Position numbers and translations under genes: made by a program. This document shows positions 13,976 to 27,099 of a DNA stretch of 64,000 bases, one piece after another. Source of the DNA: Octopus sinensis (Eukaryota); contig NC_043017.1 in assembly GCF_006345805.1 (NCBI RefSeq), positions 8,866,001 through 8,930,000 of the forward strand. Direction: 5' to 3'. The notes below the pieces were generated by a model, which did not search any database, was not told the origin of the DNA, and saw only the letters and a list, made by a program, of their open reading frames with translations. Positions within the stretch are counted from its first letter, which is position 1. Every line of letters begins with the position of its first letter.

Positions 13976-14071
13976 AACTTTTTATGGGCCTCTTTGGTTC
14001 CTATTTCACCTGGGTGGACCTTCATAATCAATCAATGTTTAACTTTTTAGCATTCAGATAACTCTTTTCAA

Positions 14072-14102
<31 letters not shown>

Positions 14103-14104
<2 letters not shown>

Positions 14105-14395
14105 GGTGCATGGCCCAGTGGTTAAGAAGTTGCACTCATGATCACAAGGTCATGGTTTCCATTCCCAGACCGGCTGCGTGTTGAGTCCTTGAGCTAAACA
14201 CTTCATTTCACATTGCTCCAGTCCACTCAGTGGCAGGTAACCCCGCGACGAATAACCATTCTGTTAAGTGAGAATGTTGGTCTGCTCACCTAGCCAACAG
14301 GATGGTGTCATTTGAAAACTGAAACAATGCTAGCAGGGAAGGGCACCGTGATCAGTGATGTATAACATCCAATAGTCTGGTTGATGTAGTGATAC
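14103..14395 (+). mobile_element. SINE family C variant
   Basis: gcatggcccagtggttaag...gtccttgagctaaacacttcatttcac. Confidence 0.65.
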
Positions 14396-15320
14396 ATAAA
14401 TTATTTCAAAAGAAGAAAGAAACAGACCACTAAAAATGTTAATAATTGATAATGCCTTTCCATTGACTTCTTAAACAGATAAGAAACACTGCCAGATCAG
14501 CCTGGGCCTGGCGCAGCCTTCTGGCTTCCCAGACCCCAGTTGAACCATCCAACCCATGCTAGCATGGAAAACGGACGTTAAACGATGATGATGATGATGA
14601 TAAGCATACAAACTCCAATTGTCTGTTTTGGCATGGTTTCTATGGCCAGATGCCCTTCCTAATGTCAGCCACTTTACAGAATGCGTTGGGTGGTTTTTAT
14701 GTACCACCAGCAAGGGTGCATTTAGGCTGGTGGCACATAAAGCGCCAAATCCCCCATGCTGGCACCAGCATGAGTAATTTGAGGAAATATTTTATTCTGT
14801 ATCTTTGACATGGTTCCAAGGATATCTAAATGACATAAATGCTAAATATTAAAGTTTAATTATGAAATATTGGGAAAATGAAAAAAACATTGCATTTCCT
14901 TGAAATTAAGCAAAATGCAGTGTAACTGAAAATAAATGGAGTCATTGTTAAGTTCCAGGAACAGGCCATGATGGAGAATGAGTTAAAAGCTTACCATGAA
15001 ATAGCATAAATTGGTAGAGAATTAATTCCAGGAATACATAAAGATGTTGGTTTATTGTTTAGGCTTTATGGGTCTTTGGAAAATCGTTCATGAACTTTAA
15101 TGGATTTAGCTGCCCTGTGAACTTCTAAAGCTTATTTAATCAGTACATAATCCACTTGTTCTATGTAATGGACTTTACATAATCCACTTGTTCTATGTAA
15201 TGGACTTAGCTCTCCTGTGAACTACTTAGGCTCATAGAACCAGGATATAATCCAGTTGTTTAATTTGAGTAATGCTTTAGCTGTCAGCTTTGTGTATGGC
15301 GCCAACTGTTAGAACACATT

Positions 15321-15738
15321 ACTCTCTTTTACTCGTTTCAGTCATTTGACTGCAGCCATGCTGGAGCACCGCCTTTAGTCGAGCAAATCGACCCCGGGAC
15401 TTATTCTTTGTAAGCCCAGTACTTATTCTATCAGTCTCTTTTGCCAAACTGCTAAGTTATGGGGACATAAACACACCAGCATCGGCTGTCAAGCAATGCT
15501 AGGGGGACAAACACAGACACACAAACATACACACACAAACATACACACACATACATATATATATACATATATACGACAGGCTTCTTTCAGTTTCCGTCTA
15601 CCAAATCCATTCACAAGGCATTGGTCGGCCTGAGGCTATAGCAGAAGACACTTGCCCAAGATGCCATGCAGTGGGACTGAACCCAGAACCATGTGGTTGG
15701 TAAGCAAGCTACTTACCACACAGCCACTCCTGCACCTA
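15321..15738 (-). mobile_element. SINE family B, full length, CpG-decayed
   Basis: Same subfamily diagnostics as 36549-36982 but about 10 CpG to TpG/CpA changes. Confidence 0.9.
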
Positions 15739-16646
15739 TATTAGTGTTTTTCTTGCGAAGTTATATATAGATCTAGATTTAAGTCTGGAATAATCAGAAA
15801 ATTAGTGAGGGTTTGCATGGGTAACAGTAAAATGCAAATACTGTGCAGAAGTGTATGTATGTATTATAAAGGTGCAGGTGTAGCTGTGTGGTTGAGAAAT
15901 TGGTTTCTAAACTGCATGGTTTTGGGTTCAGCCCCACTGTGTGACACATTGGTTGGTAAACTTTGGAAACGGAAGCGGAAAGAAACCAGTCAGATGTTTG
16001 TGTGTGTGGGTGCGTATTTATGTTTGTGTCCTTTTGTTGTGACATTTATTGCTTATAATATTGTTTCAAATTTAGTAAATGAGTGTCACTGTCATAAAAG
16101 CAGTGTAATTCATTTCCAATATTCAGCAAAAACATGTCCGGCCATAGGAGGGGAAATATTATCTTGCTTGGAAAAAGATGAGGGTTGGTGACAGGAAGGG
16201 CATCCATCCACCTGTAGAAAATCTGCCTCAATAAACTGTCTGCCTCAATAAACTGTCCACCCCATGCAAGCATGGATAAGGATATGTTATACTGGGTGTC
16301 CATAAATTACCTTTACAATTTGAAAAATTCAGAGAAAAATGAATAAAGATAACTCAGCAGAATTTATTAGAAAACAGAGGCAAAGAAATGAAGTTTTATT
16401 AGAAACATCAGAACGAAATATCAGAACACTTCCACATGTTCTGATGTTTCTAATACAATTTGATTGGTGGAGCTCGACTTTAATAGCTACAATAAATTGT
16501 GGAAGTTGTAAAGATAATTTAGGAATACTGTATGTGTGCATGTATGTATGCATGCATACATATACAGGCATTCCTAAAGAACAGAGTCAGAAATTATTTA
16601 GCAAAGCAAAACCTTAAATTCTTCGGGTGTGCGATAACTGCTTCAA

Positions 16647-16846
16647 CCCTTTAGCATATTCAGATTACTGTCAAATGTAATCCTTATTTATTCCCATTAT
16701 TTCCAATTAATCATACATTATCTTGTAGGTTTGAGATTTTGATGATGTGACGGTTTATTTCTAGAATGACATTGTAGGGTTGGTGTGAGAGGCTTGATCT
16801 AGTTAGATTGAATGTAAAATAGGTAGAATGTTTCAGCCGGATAGGG
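16647..16846. mobile_element. TTAA-associated (piggyBac-like) MITE
   Basis: ccctttagcat start, gggTTAA end; inverted, interrupted homologue at about 18500-18875. Confidence 0.6.
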
Positions 16847-17040
16847 TTAAGCATTGAAGATTACAATACTGCAAGAAAAAAAGGTGGGGGTCACACACAC
16901 ACACAAACACACACATGCATGCACACACGCTACTTTCTGATATTTTCCACTTTTTGATTTCCCTTTTTCAAAAGTTTTTCAGGTTAGGATTTATAAAAGT
17001 TATCACATATATTTTTAAAAACTCAGTCTTTCAACTACTA

Positions 17041-17256
17041 CAGTCAAAAGGGATCAACATCCATCTATACTGGAACCAGTCAAAAGGGATCAACTTCCAT
17101 CTATACTGGAACCAGTCAAAAGGGATCAACTTCCATTTATACTGGGACCAGTCAAAAGGGATCAACATCCATCTATACCAGGGCCAGTCAAAACGGATCA
17201 ACATCCATCTGTACTGGGACCAGTCAAAAGGGATCAACATCCATCTATACTGGGAC
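17041..17256. repeat. 36-bp minisatellite, 6 copies
   Basis: Unit cagtcaaaagggatcaacatccatctatactggaac starting at 17041, 17077, 17113, 17149, 17185, 17221. Confidence 0.95.
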
Positions 17257-17349
17257 CAATAAATTAAATACCAGTCAAAATACTAAAGTCAATATAATTA
17301 AATGTATGCTCCTTTCTTCCATACTTTATTTATTGCTTATAATAATGCT

Positions 17350-18075
17350 TGAAATTTAGGCACAAGGCCAGAAATTTTGAGGGGAGGGGGTAAGTCAATT
17401 ACATTGACACCAATACTTATTTTATACTTATTTTTCGACTATAGACACAAGGCCTGAAATTTTGGGATGGAGGGTTAATCAATTACATCGACCCCAGTGC
17501 TTAACTGGTACTTATTTTATCAACTCCAAAAGACTGAAAGGTAAAGTTGACCATGGCAGAATTTGAACTCAGAATGTAAGGACAGACATTTTGTCTGGGG
17601 CAGTAACAATTCTGCCAGCTTGCGTTTTCTACTCTAGGCACAAAGCCTGAAATTTTAGGAGAGTTGTCTAGTTAACCACATCAACCCCAATTATTAGCTG
17701 GTACTTATTCTGTAAAGGCGGCGAGCTGGCAGAAATGTTAGCACGCCGGGCGAAATGCGTAGCCGTATTTCATCTGCCGTTACATTCTGAGTTCAAATTC
17801 CGCCGAGGTCGACTTTGCCTTTCATCCTTTCGGAGTCAATAAATTAAGTACCAGTTACGCACTGGGGTTGATGTAATCGACTTAATCTGTTTGTCTGTCC
17901 TTGTTTGTTCCCTCTGTGTTTAGCCCCTTGTGGGTAGTAAAGAAATAGATACTTATTCTGTAAAACCTGAAAAGGATGAAAGGCAAAGTTGACCATGGCA
18001 GGATTTGAACTCAGAACTTAAAGAGCCGGAAGAAATGATGCTAAGTACTTGCTAACAATTCTACCAGTTCATCAT
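17350..18075 (-). mobile_element. Cluster of older family A SINE fragments
   Basis: Repeated ggcacaaggcc...aattttg and gaatttgaactcagaa blocks. Confidence 0.7.
17717..17949 (+). mobile_element. Young family A SINE nested in an older family A copy
   Basis: 15-bp TSD TACTTATTCTGTAAA at 17702-17716 and 17950-17964. Confidence 0.9.
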
Positions 18076-18499
18076 CACCTTACTACTTATAATATGAGGA
18101 ATCATTATTATTCTCAGGTGCAAGTCAGTAGTTCAAAGGTGAACTGCAGGTGCCTCTGAAAGCTACACATTTCAACAATGTAAGTTATTTATTTCTATAG
18201 AGAGAGGAAAAAGAGTATAATTGAATTTTTTTGAATGGGGAAAGATTAAGAAAGGAGATATTCCAACAAAAGAAAACACAGCTAAAAGAAAAATGAATGG
18301 GGGACTAAAAAACAAAACTCAATTGTAGGTCAATTTTTATATATTCATTCATCTCTCAAGTTGACAAGTACATTGACAACCACGCTTCACTGACAGTGTC
18401 AACTTAAACAACCAAGCCATGTCTAGAGTTACCCCCCCCACCTGTTTGATAGTTAAATTTAAAATGTGGCGGGGTTTTCTTTTCTCTTACTCATTTTTT

Positions 18500-18875
18500 T
18501 AAAACTCATTAGCATTTAAACTGATCATTGCATGACAACCGATGCTGGTGTGTTTACATCCCCGTCACTTAGCGGTTCAGCAAAAGAGACCGATAGAATA
18601 AGTACTGGGCTTACAAAGAATAAGTCCCGGGGTCGATTTGCTCGACTAAAGGCAGTGCTCCAGCATGGCCACAGTCAAATGACTGAAACAAGTAAAAGAG
18701 AGTAAAGAGTAAAAAGTAAATCTGGCCCAAATATTCCACCTGTTTTCTGGTCAAACTGGCCAGATCAGGCTTCTCTCACTTACTCTACAATGTCATTCTA
18801 AAAATATAGAATCACATCATCGAAATCACAAAGCTACAAGATAATGAATGATTAATTCAAAACAAAATGAAGATT
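18500..18875 (-). mobile_element. piggyBac-like MITE (same family as 16647) interrupted by a family B 3' half (about 18527-18720)
   Basis: ttagcatttaaactgatca | tctggcccaaatattcc join once the SINE is removed. Confidence 0.55.
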
Positions 18876-18947
18876 TAAACTAATCACAAGTGTTTTGTGC
18901 AAGAACTGAAGATTTCTGTCCATAACTATTTTTTTTAAAAACTATTA

Positions 18948-19280
18948 TTTCACTTGTCTCAGTCATTTGACTGCAGCTATGCTGGAGCACCGCCTTTAGT
19001 CGAACAAATCGACCCCAGGGTTTATTCTTTGTAAGCCTAGTACTTATTCTATCGGTTTCTTTTGCTGAACTGCTAAATTACAGGGACATAAGCACACCAA
19101 CATCAGTTGTCAAGCAATGGTGAGGGAACAAAAAGACATGCGCACATAAATATATATATATATATACAAAGGGCTTCTTTCAGTTTCTATCAACCAAATC
19201 CATTTGCAAGGCTTTGTTCAGCCCGTGGCTATAGTAGAAGACACTTGCTCAAGGTACCATGCAGTGGGACTGAACCCAAC
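18948..19280 (-). mobile_element. SINE family B, CpG-decayed
   Basis: cagtcatttgactgcagctatgctgg ... gcagtgggactgaaccc. Confidence 0.85.
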
Positions 19281-19759
19281 TTACCAAAACCAAAAATATA
19301 AACTTGTCACACATAAATATCAAATTAACAATTTTTTTATGGCAAGAAGTTTGCTTCCTAACTACATGAATCTGGGTTCAGTCCCACAGCATGGCACCTT
19401 GTCTTTTATTATAGCCCCAAAAGCAGACCTTGCTGGTTCTGGTGCCACATGAGGGCATCCAGTTTACATTGTAAGGTGACCGGCATTAAGAAGAGTATCA
19501 AGCTGTAAAAACCATGCCAAAGCAGCCCTCACCGGTACTGGTTACACATGAAAGCACCCAGTCCACTGTGTGAAGTGGTTAGCATTAGGAAGGGCATCAA
19601 GCTGTAAAGACCATGCCAAAGCAGACAGTGGAGCTTGGTGAAGTCCTCTGGCTTTCCAGCTCTATAACTTAGTAACTCAGCCAAAAGAGGCCGATAATAC
19701 AAGTACCAGGTTTTAAAAAGAGCATGGTCCAAAAATACAAAAAAAATGAAGTGAAAGAA

Positions 19760-19880
19760 CAACAAATAGTGTGCATTAGTACACCTTGTTTGTCATTCTT
19801 TCATGAAAAAGGAAGAGATTTTTAACATTTCAAGTCTATGCTCTTCTTCAGAAAGGACAGATGAAGAGAGAAAAAAAATG
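19760..19880 (-). mobile_element. Family G repeat (Penelope-like terminal fragment)
   Basis: Minus strand cctttCTGAAGAAGAGcatagaCTTGAAATGTTaaaaatct, homologous to 1611-1770 and 59140-59320. Confidence 0.5.
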
Positions 19881-20299
19881 TATCTGACCTAAATGGTTAA
19901 GGTATGTTGAAATAATGAGAAGAGGAAGAAGCTGGAATGAGGCATGAGTGGCAAGGAGCCAAAACCAAAAAAACAAACTCAAGGTGGTGCCCCAGCATGG
20001 CCGCAGTCCCAGTAAATGAAACAAGTATAAAATAAAAGACAAAAAGAAAATATCGGAATTTTTTTTAAGTAACAGATTTTCAAAATTCTCGAGTTTGGTG
20101 GACTTTTGCAGAGATTTTTTTGCCACTCTGACTTCTGTAAACAAACTATTCTGGCTTTTGACACCTTATACACAACTACTGGCCGTTTCTTTCATTCAAG
20201 CGTAAAATACTTCTTCCATTTAAGATATATATATATAGATACAGAGAGAGAGAGATACATAGACATATATACACAAATACATATATATGTATGTATATA

Positions 20300-20379
<80 letters not shown>

Positions 20380-20791
20380 CACATACATATATACATCCTT
20401 GTGTGGATGAGTTGCTATAAAAAGTTACCAGTAGACGGTTTATGAGGGTAAAACCTTTTATATTTTTAAATATCAAATGAAATTGTATATATATATATTT
20501 ATATATAGTATATACACATACACAATAATAGATGGTATTATGTATTTCTCTACGCTTATAGGTTTAATAGCTTTTTTTTCTTCCTTTTTCTTAGCTCAGT
20601 GCAACCAAACGCTAGTTTATTAATATTTGCTTCTGTTCTGTTGGAAGTTTATTTATATATGCTGAAGTATTACCTGTCATATGATGGATGGGTAATTTTG
20701 CAAGTATAGACCATGGGAAAATAACAGGAAATACAATCATTTGACTTTTATCAATTTTCTTGGTGCTGTCTCAGTCGCACACACACACACA

Positions 20792-20825
<34 letters not shown>

Positions 20826-21104
20826 ATAAACACAAACACACTTTCTCTTCCTTTTTCTCCATGTGTGTGTATGTGCGTAGCATTCATTTACTCCTTGCCT
20901 GCAGTCAAGCCTAGTATGTACACATATTGTATGCCTCCTCTCTGCTTCCCATTTTTTCATCCTGTCTCTACATGATGTAAAACGTGACAGAAGAAAACCA
21001 ACCAACATTCATATTGGTTATTTTGTGTGTGTGTGTGTGTGTGTGTGTATACATATATATACACATACATATACACACATATATACATATACACTTGCAT
21101 ACCT

Positions 21105-21482
21105 AGGCACAAGCGTAACTGTGTGGTAAGAAGCTTGCTTCCTAACTACATGGTTCCATGTTGTCCCACTGCGTGGTACCTTGGGCAAGTATCTTCTACC
21201 ATATCCTCGGGCCGACCAAAACCATGTGAGTGGATTTGGTAGACGGAAACTGAAAGAAGCCCGTCGTATATATATATATATGCATGTGTGTGTGTGTGTG
21301 TGTGTGTGTTTGTACCCCCCGCCATTGCATGACAACCGATGTTGGTGTTTACGTCCCCGTAACTAGCAGTTCGGCAAAAGAGGCCGATAGAATAAGTACT
21401 AGGCTTACAAATAATAAGTCCTGGGGTCGATTCGTTCGACTAAAGGCAGTGCTCCAGCATGGCCGCAGTCAAATGAATAAAA

Positions 21483-21485
<3 letters not shown>
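21105..21485 (+). mobile_element. SINE family B, near full length
   Basis: Head, internal microsatellite and tail all present. Confidence 0.85.
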
Positions 21486-21523
<38 letters not shown>

Positions 21524-24500
21524 CGTGACCGACCAGGCTATGAGATGTTACACATCGCTGGCCACAATGCGCTTTGCATTGTTTTAGCCTTCAAATGACG
21601 CCACCCCGCTGGCTAAGCGAGCAGGCCATATATAGCTGCACTGTATGTCTGAGGCCGAATCCACATGGTTTTGAAAGGAACTCCTGAACCACAACCTACT
21701 CCATATATCATTCGACCATGGTAGTAGTTGAATATATCATTAAGTTCACCATTTCGTCAACCGCAGCAGATTTCAAGCTCTACCACTAATTCAGTTCTCA
21801 ACAAAATTGCAAACTGTTAACAGTTTTAAAGAGGACATCTCCTCAGCTACACTTTACCATAAATAGTTTGAGATTTGGTTCAGTAGAAAAAAAGCTACAT
21901 CAAAATATGTCAGGTGTCTAAAGGTGGGCAGTAAGGCACTTATTTATCTTCAATTAACATAATATTTTTTTAGATTTTAAAATAAAAGTATACTTTTATT
22001 AATTAGGCTTAAAATGATAGAAAAATGCATGAATTACTTTTCATGCTCGCATTTTTCCCTGTAATATATAAATATATATATATATAGCCGGCATTCCTAC
22101 AGATGTGTACCTCCCTCCCCGACTTTCTTACCTCATAACTTCTAGAAAAATGGATACTTTTTAGCGAAATTTAGGAATGCCGATAGGGAGAGAGGAGGCG
22201 AGAAAGTGGATTTATGAATTACCACTAGTTGTTTGCCTTCTGTCTGTATATTAAATTTAGCTTTGTTTACGTATATGTATTCTGTGCAAGTCGGACTATT
22301 GTAGGATCTGTCTCATCTCGTACACAACACAGACACACACAAACAAGCTATGTAAAGTTTTTCAGTGTGTCGATAGTATAAAAGTGACTGTTGAAAACCC
22401 TACAGATAAAAAAAAAATGTAAGGCTTTGACGACGACAAAAAACAAAAAAAAAACCCTTCCTCAGCACGTTTTAAGCCACCTCTTCCTTTTCCTCCCCTA
22501 CATGTCATCGACACATGTAGATATAGTGACGTGTGTCTATACAAACAACCACGGCGCCTTCACACACACATACATTCACCTAAAACGCATACTTCTCTCT
22601 CACACACATATATACGCCACAGGTGCACAAACGCATACATATATTCACATAGACGTTACGCACGAACACACACACACATATACGACCACGCACTCACGTC
22701 ACACAACTCTCGACATTTGAAAGACCCGCGTTATCAAAAGAAGAAAAAAAATTAATATGATTTATCGCTAAAACTTTTTCAAAAGCTGGGAAGTATTTTA
22801 TCACGCTTGCAACCCCCAAAATACCTTTCCCCACACACAAGTTTTTAAATATATTTTTTTAGGATTCGACATTTATTTTCTCTACAGGAAAATATGCGAT
22901 ACTTGTCAAAGATCAGAGATATTTTAAGAGCATGGTAACACTAAACTGAAATACGTATTTATAATTGAAGATAATTTGATCAAAAGAGAGGGTTTGTTTT
23001 TAATGGGGGCAGGAAAGAAATGTTTTCGTCGTAATCCAGTTTTCTTTAACTATGTTACATTAAATGGTGGTTAGAAATCAGGATTTTACGAGAGTTTCTT
23101 TCCTGATTTAGGCTCAAGGTCAGCAATTTTGAAGTTTGTCAGTCGATTACTTCTATCCCCCAATACTTGACTGAAAGTTTATTTTGTACTTTTATTTACT
23201 ATTTATATTCGTTTAGTAAGGATTTGCCGGGAAAGGGACACAGAATTGCTTAGGGGGGAAAAACATGCTTAAAAAACTTCATTTTCTATTTTTATTTACT
23301 ATTACACCTAGTTTGTGAGACGGGTGTAATAATTAGTAAATATTTACCGGAAAGGGAGCGCAGAATTGGGAAGAGGGTAAAAATATGCTTGGAAAATTTG
23401 GGACTAAAAAAAAATCTTTCACTGAAGGAAACGACCGCCCAACTCCTTGCCCTTTTCATTCTCCATGAGGTGGCGATTGCTAATTCCAAAAAGGCCGCCA
23501 ATCAGAGTTTGGAGAAGGAGGATGGCTGGTTAAAAATCATATTTTTAACGGCTGTTTCTGATTTTGACACAAGGATAGCAATTTTGAGGTAAGCGGGTTC
23601 CAGAACTTTTAAATTGATCCCAGTACTTTATTTTATCGATTCGAAAGGATGGATGATAATGCTAACTTCGGCGGGATTTGAACCCAAACGTGAACAGCTG
23701 GTACACTACCAATTCGACGTTTTAGTCATAGTTTTCAAAATTTACTGGACTGGTACTTCTTTTTATCGACCCGAAAGGGGTTTCTATTTTAAGGTACATG
23801 GTAGGTGATTTTAAGGAGGGTGGCTAATCGATACTGGTACTTATTTTATTTGAACCCAGAATCTAAAGGAGCCGGAAGAAATGCCGTAAAGCAGTTTGTC
23901 CGGCACGATAACAATTCCCCCAGCTTACAGCCTTCACAGTTTTAATAAGCGCTTCTGCTATGGGCACAAGGCCAGCTTCACAGTTTTAATAAGGACAATA
24001 ATATTGAAGATATAATCCCGAGACACGTTGAATTATGTGATTCAAAATGCAATATTTCTAGGAAAAAAATCATAAACGAGATGGTCATGTGGAAACCGTC
24101 TCCATATTATGCTAAACAACTCGATATTTTGTATGTATGTGTATCTTATCAAGTACTAGCTATCACTAGGACGAATCAAACAGCATCTGACGAAAAGACA
24201 GGATTGTCACGGACGGAAAGTCTTTGATCATAGGTTTGCTTCATCTAGTTTGACATGTGACAGCAAAAACAACCAAAAGAAAAGTTATAAATTACACATG
24301 TCAAATACAACTTCAAACTAAATTTGATCCCGCGGTTAGATTAACTGGTTTCGAGTTTTTGACACAAGGCCAGCAATTTCGAGGGAGGAGGAGGTAGGTG
24401 GATTAAATCCAGCGCTGGATTAACCATTAAGCAAAATAAGCACGTGCTTAGGGAATCAAGGGAAAGAGGGGGGGAACCACAGAAATGGTAAATGGTTGAC

Positions 24501-25741
24501 GGCACAAAAGAAATCACTTTAAACTTGCTGAAATAATATTCGGGATGTCTTTATCTCTACCAAATAGAGATGTGTTACCTAATAATTATTTTGAGGATCT
24601 GATCAAAGACCTTGCAATTCATAAAAGTAGGAGGAATCTTTTCAAATATAAATAAAGTGGAAGTAGACAAAAATAAACATTATTTTCCCTCTTTTATTGT
24701 TTTGCTTCGTTTTCAAAAATAATTATTTATTTTATGGTTTGTTATTGTTTATATTTTGAATTACATAATCTTTTATGGGGCCACCAAAATCTTTTAAGTG
24801 CTTAGGGCAACGATGGGTCTTAATCCGGTCCTGATTAAATCGACCCCATTGCTCAGCTGGTACTTATTTTATTGACCCCAAAAGGATGGAGGTCAAAGTG
24901 GACCACGGCGGAATTTGAACTCAGAAGTGTCGCAAAGCTTTTTGGTCAACGCGTTAGAGTCTTCCCAAAATATGATCGGCATTACTAAAGATGTGTCCAC
25001 CTAACCGATGGCGATTCTTAATTAGTTTCTGAAAAATAAGGCAATCTTTCGGTAAAAGTCAATGACGTAATGAGTGAATGTATGACACCGTTTCATCTAC
25101 TCATCAGAGCTGAACAGTCAAACACATTCTCGCACATATATTCACGACTGACGTCATATACAAACACCGAAACATTGCCAAAAATATGTCATTGAAACTG
25201 TAATTTTCCAAATATATTTTGAAGGTATAGATTACGGTTATATCAGTGTGTTTACGGCCCCGGAACTTAGCGGTTCGGCAAAATTAGACCGGTAGAATAA
25301 GTACCATGTTTACAGAGAAATAAGTCCCCTGTATCGATGTCTTCGGCTAAGACCCTTCGAGGCGGTTCTCCAGCATGGCCGCAGCCAAATGACGGAACCA
25401 AGTAAAAGAATAGCATTCATCATAAGTCTGCTTACGACAAATGAAGAAAGAATATCTATAAACTACACGAACACTAAACAAGTGTGTGTGTGTGTGTGTG
25501 TGCAAGGTAAGACTCGAAGCAGACAAAGCTGTAAATAACCGAGGGTAAATTTGAGGTTAAAAATCAAACCATTTGGACAGAAAAAAGTCGAAGGTTGCTA
25601 TGTTTACAGAAAATGTGGGTTCGTGTCACACAGGCGACCTACGACGTTTTCTGTCCAAGAGATTTTTAACCCAGCATTTTCACACGCTAATATTTAGGAT
25701 TTTCTTGCTTCGAGTTTTACCGTTAAATTCTTAATGCATTA

Positions 25742-27099
25742 ACCACACACATATATACATACATATATACGTACATACACACATACTATATGTACATACA
25801 CTATATATACATATATACATACACACATACTATATGTACATACACTATATATACATACACACACACACATATATATATATATATACATACACTATATATA
25901 CATACACACACATATATATATACATACACTATATATACATACACACACACACACGATAGATATATATATATATTATATACATATATACATACACATATAT
26001 ATATACATACATACACATATACAACACACATATAAATACATACACATATACATACACATATATATATACATAATACACATACACTACACATATATATATA
26101 CATACATACACTACCACATACACATATATATATACATACATACACATATACATACACATATATATATACATACATACACATATACATACACATATATATA
26201 TACATACATATCATATACATACACATATATATATACATACATATACATATATACATACACATATATATATACATACATATACATATATACATACACATAT
26301 ATATATATATACATATATACATATATACATACACATATATATATATATACATATATACATATATACATACACATATATATATATATACATACATATATAC
26401 ATACACATATATATATACATACATATATACAATATACATACACTATATATTATACATACATACACATATATATATATACATACATACACATATATATATA
26501 TACATACATACACATATATTATATACATACATACACATATATATATTACATACATACACATATATATATATACATACATATATACATTATATACATACAC
26601 ATATATATAACATACATACACATATATATACATACATACACATATATATATATATACATATATACATACACATATATATATACATACATATATACATATA
26701 TACATACACATATATATATACATACATACACATATATATATACATACATACACATATATATATACATACATACACATATATATATACATACATACACATA
26801 TATATATACATACATACACATATATATATACATACATACACATATATATATATACATATATACATACACATATATATATACATACATATATACATACACA
26901 TATATATATACATACATACACATATATATATATATACATATATACATACACATATATATATACATACATACACATATATATATATATACATATATACATA
27001 CACATATATATACATACATACACATATATATATATATACATACACACACATATATATATACATACACACACATATATATATATATACATACACACACAC
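25742..27099. repeat. About 1.35-kb compound (TA)/(CA)/(TACA) microsatellite
   Basis: Continuous tacatacacatatata-type units; source of many spurious ORFs. Confidence 0.95.

Noticed and set aside
16397-16455. 18-bp perfect inverted repeat with 23-nt loop
   Set aside because: Lies in a probable DNA-transposon remnant (Tc1-like terminus near 16290); most likely a subterminal repeat.
17041-17256. 36-bp repeats as a CRISPR array
   Set aside because: Units are contiguous with no unique spacers, and the context is eukaryotic.
18118-18179. Plus-strand AG...GTAAGT block
   Set aside because: Stops in all frames; no further support.
22888-22934. 47-nt plus-strand exon candidate
   Set aside because: Weak donor (GTAACA) and unrecognisable peptide.
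25084-25107. Minus-strand CTGATGA-GTAGAT-GAAAC-GGT-GTC hammerhead-like string
   Set aside because: No stem I complementarity and only a 1-bp stem II.
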